A program made the position numbers and the translations under genes. 20,000 bases of DNA from an uncultured virus (IMG/VR IMGVR_UViG_3300021373_001770) (Duplodnaviria; Heunggongvirae; Uroviricota; Caudoviricetes), in the IMG/VR virus record IMGVR_UViG_3300021373_001770, positions 51,497-71,496 of that record. One strand, given 5' to 3'. The notes beneath the pieces were generated by a model. That model saw only the letters and a list, made by a program, of their open reading frames with translations. It was not told where the DNA came from and did no database searches. Within the stretch, counting starts at the first letter, position 1; each line of letters begins with the position of its first letter. Shown piece after piece: positions 6,941-16,100 of this stretch.

Positions 6941-9784
6941 ATGGCAAAAATTAAAATAAATAAATTACCAAAAGGATTTAAACTTGTTGATGGTAAAGTT
7001 GTAGAAGAAAAAGTCATGCGAAATGGTGGAGACATTTATTCTACAGGTGATCAAGCTGATTATGGTTTAGTTACAACACCTCAAGAGTATTATGGACAAA
7101 CAATGTTTAATAATACAGATGACCAATCCACAAGATATAGTTTATCTGGAGTACCACGTGAAGATGCAAACATTGAAGCAGAAGGTGGTGAGACAGTTCT
7201 TACTGATTTAAATGATGATGGTAATTTTGGTTTATATAGTATTACTGGTCCAAGACATTCACAAGGCGGTGTGCCGATGTTTTTACCAGAACAATCTTTT
7301 ATTTTTTCAGATACACCTAAATTAAAATTTACAAAAGATGAGATGTCAGAATTTGGAATGGGTGGTTCTAAGAAAACACCCGCTAAAATTTCTAAGAATT
7401 TTGGTTTAAATAATTATTATGCTGAATTAGACTCACAATATGCTGATGAAATATCAGCTGTTAGTGCAGAACTTATGTTAAAAAAGAACATGGAAGACCT
7501 TTCAAAATTAGCTTACATGCAAGAAGCAAAAAAGAATTTTGAAGATGGTGTACCATTAGCAGCACATCCATTTTTATTATCTGAAAATATTGATCCATTA
7601 CAGTTTACAGCTCAAGTAGAAGATATATCACAGCAACAAGCAAGACAAAATGCTATTGCTCAATTATCTCCAGGTCAACAAGAACAACTATTTTTAGTTC
7701 AACAAATGTTGCAACAACAACAAAATCAAGTTAATGCAGCTCAGGCTCCTGATCCTTCACAATTTGCAAACCAAATGCAAATGGCTAATGCAGATAACGA
7801 TATGTTAAGCATGGCTGAATATGGTTATGAAATGAGAGAGTTTTTAGATAAAGCTCAAAGAGGTACTGAAATTGTATATAATAGAATGGAGGATGGAGAC
7901 TATGGTATACCTAGAAAGGCTGAAGCAACTGAAGGTATGTATTATGTAAATGCTATACCGGGCAATGAAGATTTTGGTAAGGGTTATATATTTAAAGATG
8001 GTGATTATGTACATGTTGAAACAGTTGCATTTGATGAAGACTTTAATATAATAAATAGAGTACCTGCTGAAGAAACTGTTACTGATACTGAATCTATTGA
8101 CATTATTGGTTCAGGAAATACTGAAGTTGTAGAAACAGAAGAAGAAACTACAAATACTAATTCAGAATTTAATCCTTTCCCAATAGGATCTGAAAACTAT
8201 ATAGAAATTGAAAATCTTAAAAAAGAAGGTTATACATTTTCTATTGTAAAAGATGGACCTGAAAAAGGAAAACTTAGAGCATATAGACCAAGAAAGTCTA
8301 GATTTGATGCGCAGGGTGACAGAGAAATAGCTCAATATGAAACAACAGGTAGTGGAGGTAATATAAATGTATATGATGACAATGTAAGTTCACAAGGGGA
8401 TGTATTAAGAAATTCTTCTATAGCAAATGAAAGATATGGTAGATTAGCTGGTGTAAGACCTGAGACACAAGGTTTTGCTGGTGGTGATTTTGCATTTGGT
8501 ACTAAAGAAATTGAATCACAAGAATCACAAGAAGCATTTGAAAGAATGTGGAGTGATGTTTTAGATGATATAGAAGGTTGGGATTATAGAAGACCAGCAT
8601 TTAAAAATGAAGAAGATAAACAAAAGTATTTAAGAACAAAAGACAAGAGTCTTTTTGATCCTGAGTGGTTAGCACAATGGAAACAATTTCAAATAAAATC
8701 TGAAGAATTAAGAAAAGCAGATGCTGAAAGATTAGATATTCCATATGTACCATATTACAAAAATCCAGGTGATGAAGGATACAGAACAGGAGATGGTCCT
8801 GATGGTATTCCTGGTTTAAATACATATAATACACCAAGGTTTGACGTAGATGTACAAACAGAAGATGAAAGATTTTTTGATTTACCAAAAAAGAAAGAAA
8901 CAATTGAAATACCTGATATAGAAGAAGCAGAAGGACCGGTTAAAAGATATTGGGCACAGGATATGAATAATATGACTGCTCTTGGTCTAATGAAAGATGA
9001 GTTGTTTTTGCCTTGGTCACCTAAGTTAGAAGAACAAAAAATTGATTATGTTTTAGATGATTATACAGGAAGAGTAAATGCAATAATGGGAGCACAGAAT
9101 GTTATGTCTGGAGCTTTAGGGGCATATGGTCCACAGGCTATTGCAAGAAGTAATATTCAAGGTAAGACACTAAATGAAATAGGTAAAGCTATACAAACAA
9201 CAAACACTAATAATGTTAATACAATGAACCGTGTTGCTGCAGCTCAAGCTTCTATGGATAATAGAATTGATGCGGGTAATGTAGGTATAGAAAGACAGCT
9301 TTATGATGATACACAAGCATCATTACAACAAAAACAAAATTTTGATAATGCAAAAATTGCTAAGGCTAATGAGTTGTGGAATACAGCAATAACAAATGCA
9401 TCTAATACATATAATATAAATACTATGTATGATGAGTATAACATTCGTCCTGATTTTGGTGGAGATGTTTTATTTACTGGTATTGGAAGAAAACCATATA
9501 AGGATACTTCACAAAATAAACAAGAAGCTTTCTTAGATGCATATACTAAGCTTAGAAAAAATTTACCAGCAGATCAAAAAATAACACCTGAGTTATTAAA
9601 TATGTACATGCAATTAGGAAATAATGGTGGTTATACACCTAGTACACAAGGAAAAGCTGCATTACAACAAAGAGGTATAACAGGTTATTCAGGCAGTAAT
9701 ATACCCGTTGGAGAAAAAGGAACAGAAATAAAAAATTTACCAAAGGCATTTCCCAATTTTACAGTAGGTAAGATGGGTGTATAA
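6941..9784 (+). CDS. Probable virion cargo/ejection protein (947 aa)
   Basis: Conserved-looking core ANIEAEGGETVL...ITGPRHSQGGVPM...FIFSD (7166-7312), which I recall from crAss-like cargo proteins. Also a Gln-rich linker (about 7630-7790), an acidic central region, a helical N/Q/A-rich C-terminus, and the same linker motifs (MRNGG, MAEYG, KAQRGTE, GEKGTE). Confidence 0.6.
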   Translation: MAKIKINKLPKGFKLVDGKVVEEKVMRNGGDIYSTGDQADYGLVTTPQEYYGQTMFNNTDDQSTRYSLSGVPREDANIEAEGGETVLTDLNDDGNFGLYSITGPRHSQGGVPMFLPEQSFIFSDTPKLKFTKDEMSEFGMGGSKKTPAKISKNFGLNNYYAELDSQYADEISAVSAELMLKKNMEDLSKLAYMQEAKKNFEDGVPLAAHPFLLSENIDPLQFTAQVEDISQQQARQNAIAQLSPGQQEQLFLVQQMLQQQQNQVNAAQAPDPSQFANQMQMANADNDMLSMAEYGYEMREFLDKAQRGTEIVYNRMEDGDYGIPRKAEATEGMYYVNAIPGNEDFGKGYIFKDGDYVHVETVAFDEDFNIINRVPAEETVTDTESIDIIGSGNTEVVETEEETTNTNSEFNPFPIGSENYIEIENLKKEGYTFSIVKDGPEKGKLRAYRPRKSRFDAQGDREIAQYETTGSGGNINVYDDNVSSQGDVLRNSSIANERYGRLAGVRPETQGFAGGDFAFGTKEIESQESQEAFERMWSDVLDDIEGWDYRRPAFKNEEDKQKYLRTKDKSLFDPEWLAQWKQFQIKSEELRKADAERLDIPYVPYYKNPGDEGYRTGDGPDGIPGLNTYNTPRFDVDVQTEDERFFDLPKKKETIEIPDIEEAEGPVKRYWAQDMNNMTALGLMKDELFLPWSPKLEEQKIDYVLDDYTGRVNAIMGAQNVMSGALGAYGPQAIARSNIQGKTLNEIGKAIQTTNTNNVNTMNRVAAAQASMDNRIDAGNVGIERQLYDDTQASLQQKQNFDNAKIAKANELWNTAITNASNTYNINTMYDEYNIRPDFGGDVLFTGIGRKPYKDTSQNKQEAFLDAYTKLRKNLPADQKITPELLNMYMQLGNNGGYTPSTQGKAALQQRGITGYSGSNIPVGEKGTEIKNLPKAFPNFTVGKMGV

Positions 9785-9808
9785 ACTTAAACAGTTTATG
9801 CTCAATGC

Positions 9809-9839
9809 TTTGTAAACTTATTAAATTATATTAATTTTG
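9809..9839 (+). promoter_or_regulatory. Candidate Bacteroidota sigma70-type promoter (-33 TTTG / -7 TAnnTTTG) upstream of ORF5
   Basis: TTTG at 9809-9812, a 19-bp spacer and TAATTTTG at 9832-9839 match the Bacteroides/Flavobacterium consensus. The AT-rich background makes a chance match possible. Confidence 0.4.
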
Positions 9840-9843
9840 AATT

Positions 9844-12800
9844 ATGGCAACATATATTAAAGGATCAGAATCTTTCTTACCGGATATTAAACCATTTACA
9901 CCGGATTATAAATTTTTGTCTGCTGTTTTGCAAACAAGAACGGATAAGTATGATGCTAACTTTAAAGCAACTAATGATCTATATAATAAAGTTGTTTATG
10001 CAGATTTATCAAGAGAAGATACAAAAGAAAGAAGAGATCAATACGCAGACTTAATAAGTCCTCAGATAGAAAAAATATCTGGAATGGATTTATCTTTGGC
10101 ACAAAATGCTGATGCAGCACGTAGTGTTTTTGCACCATTTTATGATGATGACTTAACTGTAAAAGATATTGTTTTTACATCTCAATATAGAGAAGAAATG
10201 GCTTATGCGGATAGGTTAGCTGAGAGTTCAAATAAAGAAATGAATGAAAGATATTGGGAAACTGGTAGAAGAGGTTTACAATATAGAATGGATGACTTTA
10301 TTAATGGAACTGCAGATCAAGCACTCCAAGCTAGTTTGCCTAAATACATAGAAGACGCTGATTTATATCAATTAGCTACAGATTATTTAGAATCTATGGA
10401 ACCACCTTTGAGTGTTAAGATAGATCATTATGGAGAAAACGCTGATGGTACAGCAAACACTGATTGGATTATTACTGAAAAAAATGGAAGATTGGTAACT
10501 GGTCAAGCACTACAAGCTGTACAAAATGCATTACTAACTAATCCTAAAGTACAAGCTGCATACCGAGAAGATGCATTTGTAAAAAGTAGAGATTTTGCTT
10601 CTCAAGGTATGCAAGCAGGACAATTTTCTTCTGTAGAACAAGGTCAAAATGCTTGGGCAACTGAACAGATAAATATCATAAATAAACTTAATGATTCAGA
10701 AATAGAAGAAGCATCACAAAAGAATGATCAAGCTCAAAGAGTAAATTTATATTGGCAAGACTATAAAAGCAAAAATGGTATTATACCTGGTTCTGATATG
10801 GATGAAGCAATGAAAGAGCACGAAAGCATTGCAGAAGCTACACAGAAAGCATTAGATGCTAAATTAAATATTAAACGTATAGGTGCAGCTCCTAAAAAAA
10901 GTACACAGGGTAATTTAAATAAAGCATACAATATGCTTATGAATTACAATATTGCTAGAGATATGAAAGCAGCTGCTGTAAATTATGGAGCTAGAGACCA
11001 AGAATACACAATGCGTGTTAATGAGATTGCTTTATTTGAAAAGAAGAAAAAGTGGGATTTAGTAATGGAAAGAACTAGAGCTTCTAATAAAATTGCTTTA
11101 CAAAATCTTAAAAATAAACAAGCTAGAGACTTAGCAATTGAGAAAGGAGAAATAGTTGGTGATTCTGGTGATCCAAATTCATTAAAAAATAAATTAAAAA
11201 GAAGAGGTATAACTTTTAATGACCCTAATACATTTACAGCAAAAACTGATAAAGATGGGGATATTACTAGTAATGTAAATGTACCAGCTATGAATAGCCA
11301 AAGGTTTATTGAACTTGATAATAAAGTTTTTGAGCGTCAAGTAGATGCAATCTTAGATATGAAAAAAACTTTATATCCTGATGGTAATACACCAGCAAGA
11401 AATCAGACTTATAAGTTTGAGTACGAAGGTGCTATAATAGAAGGGACTGTAGAATCAATAAAGAAAAAGTTATTAGAAACAGTAAAAACTGAAGGAGATG
11501 AAGGTGGGCCTACTGAATATGTTAATAGAGGTCTTGTAGCTTCTTTGTATGAAAAAGAAAGTGAATTATTTTTAAACAACCCCGAAGTAACAAAAAATAT
11601 CAATCCTAATGCAACTGCTGATCCTAATATACGTGGTCAATATGATGATCTTTATGATAGAATAGCGGGGCCTAACAATAGCATTAATACTCAAATTGCT
11701 GGTTTACAAGCTGCTTATGATAAAGTAAATGAATTAACTTTTAATGCTGGAGAACTTACTTATAAAGCATTACATGATAAAGGTAATAATTATGCTGGTG
11801 GATACAGCAAAGATGCATCAGATTTACAAAAGGCAGGATGGCCATCAATTTTTGATGAGAATGGTGTATTGTTAAATAAAGATGAATATAGAAAACTAGT
11901 TGTAGCTGGCATTGAGAAAGGTGAGATAACAAACCCAAATATATCTGGCTGGGATAGTGGTACTAACAACAAAGATTATAAAGCATTCCGTACTTATAGC
12001 AGAAGTGAAATGGATAATTTATATGGTTATGATCGTAATAATGCTTATGCTCAAGAAGTAAGAAAAAAGAATAGGTATTTGATAAATGGTGTTAATGAAG
12101 TACAAATGGCGGCTGTTAACAATGATTTAAATACTTATTATGACCTGCAGTACAATGCATTAAATAATGCTTTAACAGGTAAAAAAGGAGACATACCAAC
12201 AGCATCTTTAAATACTGTGTTAGAAGGTGGTGCTTATAATGTTGGAGATTTAATGATGAATCCAAGTTATAAATATTCTGTTAATCCATTAACTCCTAAT
12301 ATTGAAGCTGAAACAGAAGTTGGTAACTTTTTGGATCAAATGGATCATTTAAATACTACAGGTAAAGGTTATGGTATTGTAGCAGGTGATATAGACGGAT
12401 TAGATTCTGATGAATTATTATCTCAACAAGCTGTTGCACAAAAAGTGCATAATTTATATATGGAAGATTTACAAAGTTGGTACAATAATCCAAAAAGATC
12501 TAATGCTGACAAGACTGCTCCAATAGCAACATATACCTATAATCCTGTTTATGGTAGGTCAGAAGATGGTAGAAAAACTACAGCGGCAGCTCAATGGTTA
12601 TATAGCCCAGAGTGGTTAGCTTCTAAAGTTGTAGGTGGTGCTGATGTTAGCAACCAATATGGAGCATTAACAACAGATGATATTAAATTATTAAGTAATG
12701 CAGGTCAAAATGGAGAATCAGGAATTACTATAATTTATGATCAAAAAGATGATATAAATCCAAATTCAAATGAGAATTTTTATGTTTCTAAAATAAATAG

Positions 12801-13122
12801 TGCAATTCTTCAAAATGGTAAAGGTTATGCAGAATATTCATTACCAGATGGTATTGGTAGTACTGTAGATTTTAGAGTAGTTAAAGATGGATCATTAGAT
12901 TATAGATTAAATTATACTTTACAGACTTATGTCCCATACAATCCTACTACAGAAAGTGGTGGTAGTTATATAACAGAAACTCAAACTCAACCTATTGATA
13001 TGTCTTTTGGTATAAGAAAGCTTGATGAACAAGTATTTAATTTTTATGATTGGGCTAAGTCAAGAAGAGAAGAAAATAGATTGGCTCACAAAAGAGATCA
13101 AGAACAGTACGGAATAAAATAA
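9844..13122 (+). CDS. Probable virion cargo/ejection (internal) protein (1092 aa)
   Basis: Long ORF. N-terminus MATYIKG...PDIKPFTPDYKFLSAVLQTRTDKYD followed by predicted helical/coiled-coil segments resembles crAss-like internal virion proteins. Lies directly before the giant protein. No catalytic motif recognised. Confidence 0.55.
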   Translation: MATYIKGSESFLPDIKPFTPDYKFLSAVLQTRTDKYDANFKATNDLYNKVVYADLSREDTKERRDQYADLISPQIEKISGMDLSLAQNADAARSVFAPFYDDDLTVKDIVFTSQYREEMAYADRLAESSNKEMNERYWETGRRGLQYRMDDFINGTADQALQASLPKYIEDADLYQLATDYLESMEPPLSVKIDHYGENADGTANTDWIITEKNGRLVTGQALQAVQNALLTNPKVQAAYREDAFVKSRDFASQGMQAGQFSSVEQGQNAWATEQINIINKLNDSEIEEASQKNDQAQRVNLYWQDYKSKNGIIPGSDMDEAMKEHESIAEATQKALDAKLNIKRIGAAPKKSTQGNLNKAYNMLMNYNIARDMKAAAVNYGARDQEYTMRVNEIALFEKKKKWDLVMERTRASNKIALQNLKNKQARDLAIEKGEIVGDSGDPNSLKNKLKRRGITFNDPNTFTAKTDKDGDITSNVNVPAMNSQRFIELDNKVFERQVDAILDMKKTLYPDGNTPARNQTYKFEYEGAIIEGTVESIKKKLLETVKTEGDEGGPTEYVNRGLVASLYEKESELFLNNPEVTKNINPNATADPNIRGQYDDLYDRIAGPNNSINTQIAGLQAAYDKVNELTFNAGELTYKALHDKGNNYAGGYSKDASDLQKAGWPSIFDENGVLLNKDEYRKLVVAGIEKGEITNPNISGWDSGTNNKDYKAFRTYSRSEMDNLYGYDRNNAYAQEVRKKNRYLINGVNEVQMAAVNNDLNTYYDLQYNALNNALTGKKGDIPTASLNTVLEGGAYNVGDLMMNPSYKYSVNPLTPNIEAETEVGNFLDQMDHLNTTGKGYGIVAGDIDGLDSDELLSQQAVAQKVHNLYMEDLQSWYNNPKRSNADKTAPIATYTYNPVYGRSEDGRKTTAAAQWLYSPEWLASKVVGGADVSNQYGALTTDDIKLLSNAGQNGESGITIIYDQKDDINPNSNENFYVSKINSAILQNGKGYAEYSLPDGIGSTVDFRVVKDGSLDYRLNYTLQTYVPYNPTTESGGSYITETQTQPIDMSFGIRKLDEQVFNFYDWAKSRREENRLAHKRDQEQYGIK

Positions 13123-13129
13123 AATATAA

Positions 13130-16100
13130 ATGGAGGATCAGTCTAACAAACCTTTAGCAAACACTATAGCTAATAATCAAAGAACTTCTAGTGTTATTCC
13201 ACCAGGAGAATTTAATTTTATACCTATAGAGGAAATGTTTGAAACACCAGAAACAGATCTGGCAAACGTTATTGCAACAGATCCTGGTGCTATAGCTCAA
13301 GTAGATAGGTATAAAGCAGACATAGATAAATATGGTATACCTGCAATGGCAAGTTTAGGTACCGTTAGTCCATCTTTAGCAACAGGTAAATATAATCCAG
13401 TTGCTCAACAAAACCCCTCACAAGCTGCTTATCAAGAAGTTAAAAATATATTAACTGCTAAAAAAGACGGTCCCGGAGGTCAACGTGTTGCACCCAGATA
13501 TGCAAGTATTAGACAAAGCAATTTTTTAAGATATTATGAACATCCAGAATTTGCTGATTTAGGTTTTACACCATATGCAAATATGGAAGAGTTCTATAAT
13601 GCTAATTCTACAATATGGGATGATATGAGTAGAATGAGTGGTCAATTTGCAAGTCTTGCTGGATCAGGTTTTAATAGTGTATATAGATCTTATGGTGATA
13701 TGTTTGGTGACGGAAGTTATTTATCACAACCAGATTTAGAATCAGCTTTTGAATTTGAAGATGCAATGGCCATTGGTAATTCTAGTAGAGGTGGTGCATT
13801 AGGTTTTACAAATAATCTTTTATTAAATAGTGCATATACATTTGGTATTATTGGATCTATTGCAGTAGAAGAATTAATATTAGCAGGTGCTGCAGCAGCA
13901 CAAGGTTTTCTTAATCCAGCATCTGATGCATTATTAGCAAGTAGATCAGTTGCAAACGTCAAACGTGCAGGTGATGCTATTAGTGGTTTATTTGATATGA
14001 AAAAAATGGCAGATGCTACACGTAATGCAATGAAAACATTAAGTGAGATAGATACTGCTAGAGATTTTTGGGCTGCAACACAAGGTACAAGAAAAGTTTT
14101 AGGTCAAGCTTTTACACCTAATACAATGTATGCTTTAAAGAATTTTAAGAGTACAAAAAATGCAACTCAAAATGCTGTTAACTTAGCAAAAATGAAAGCT
14201 GGTTTTGGTGGCTTTTATAGAGATTTTAGAGCTGTCAATTTAGCTTTAGCTGAAAGTAAACTAGAAGGTGGTATGGTTTACAATGAGCTTATAAGAGAAG
14301 GTGTGAATATGGCACAAGCCAAAAGTGGTGTAACTGTAACTCCTGAAGAATTTGCTAGTATACAATCAAAAGCATCAGAGGGTGCGTTTTATACAACTAT
14401 GGCAAATGCACCTATTATATATGCCAGTAACTGGTTTGTTTTAGGAAATGCCTTGGGTGGATTCAATAGAAGCCTGGGTAGAGTTTTTGGAGAAACTTTT
14501 GAAAAAGGATTGAACGGTAGACTTTTTAAAGGTAAAGGAGTAAAAGATGCAGCAACAGGAAAAGTAAAAGATGTTTTTAAAGATGCTGGTACAGGTCTAG
14601 GAGGCTGGTGGACAAAAGTCAGAGCGGGTGGAGTAAAGGGTAATACCGGCAGGGCATTAGCAGCTAGTGCTAGATATTTTGCTGCAAACATTGCAGAAGG
14701 TATACAAGAAGTTGCACAAGAAGCTGTTTCAGCAGGAACTAAAGGTTACTATACTGCCCTATTAGATGATCCGTTGGCAGGTGGTGTAGCATTAAGAAAT
14801 CAATATATTGCTTCTGGAATGTCCAGTCAGTTTAGTGGTCAAGGAGCAGAAACTTTTTTATCTGGTTTTTTAATGGGTGGTATTGTACAAGGACCACAGA
14901 AATTATTTTTTCAAGGTATACCCGCTTTATATCAAAGAATAAATGATCCTAAAGCTTATAAAGAGTATCAAGAAATTAAAGATAAATATGTTAAAGATTT
15001 AGTTACTGTACATAATAAAGCATGGAATGCACAGGCTGATGATCCAGGATCAGTGTTTGATCCTCAAAAATTAAATTTCTTTTTTCAAAAACAGGCTGCT
15101 GCTGAAATGAAAAAGAATGTATTTAGTCAAGATAGATTTGGATTTCAAGATGAAAAAGATGCAGCTAAGTTTCATCAGATGTATACTATTTTTAAAACTG
15201 GCACATCAGAACTGTTTAAAAATCAATTGAGAGATTATTTAAAAATGACTGATGCAGAATTAGCACAGGCGTTTCCATCTAGCAAAGCTGATGTAAAAAG
15301 CGGAAAGATAAGATCAAGATTAGAAAAATTTATTACACAAATAGATAAGACAGAAGCTGATTACAATAGAAAAAAAGATGATAATAAAAATCCTTTTGAT
15401 CCAAGCCAGTTTAATAAAGAGACAGAAAAAAGACAGTATATACAAGAAGTTTTAAAAAGTCAAGCATGGGAGCATGCTAATTACTTGTATATGTTTACTG
15501 AGAATGGATTTCAACGTGCTCTAGAAAGAGCTAATAGTATATATACTGAATTAGCTAATGATCCTTTGTTTGATGGTATGGCTGCTAGTGATGTGACTGT
15601 ATTATTAGATCCTGATTCTATAAGTAATGAATTATTTTTACTATCAAAAGATATATTAGTTTTAGATGATTCAACAGAACAAGGTAAGAAAGATAAAAAA
15701 AGATTAGAAGGTAAATTAGAAAGACTAAGAGAGATTCAAAAAGTTTTATCTGATAAAAATCTACTTAACAATGATGGTACTTTTGATAAAAGAAAACTGG
15801 GTAGCAAACTTTTACCTGTGTTTGAAAAGTACATAAAGTATTTAGCAAATAGCAAAAATACATTTGCTGATAAGTCTAAAATAAAGGAAGCACTAAAAAA
15901 AATGATAGATTATGGTGCACTTAAAGGTAGAGCAAGAGTATATGATAAAGCCATTGAGTACTTAGCTAATCCAGAAAGATTTAATGAGATTGTTAATAGA
16001 CAAATAGAAGTTAATAAAAATATATATAGAAGTCTATCTTCTGATTTTGAAAAACAAATAAAAAAATATTTAAATGTTGCAGAGGCCAATGAGCTAATGA

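Noticed and set aside
7630..7790. CAA-rich stretch in ORF4 as a tandem repeat or CRISPR-like array
   Set aside because: It is a low-complexity Gln-rich coding linker with no regular repeat-spacer period.
12385..12411. GDIDGLDSD in ORF5 as an RNA polymerase DxDGD catalytic motif
   Set aside because: The spacing does not match DxDxD/DFDGD and no surrounding double-psi beta-barrel motifs were recognised.
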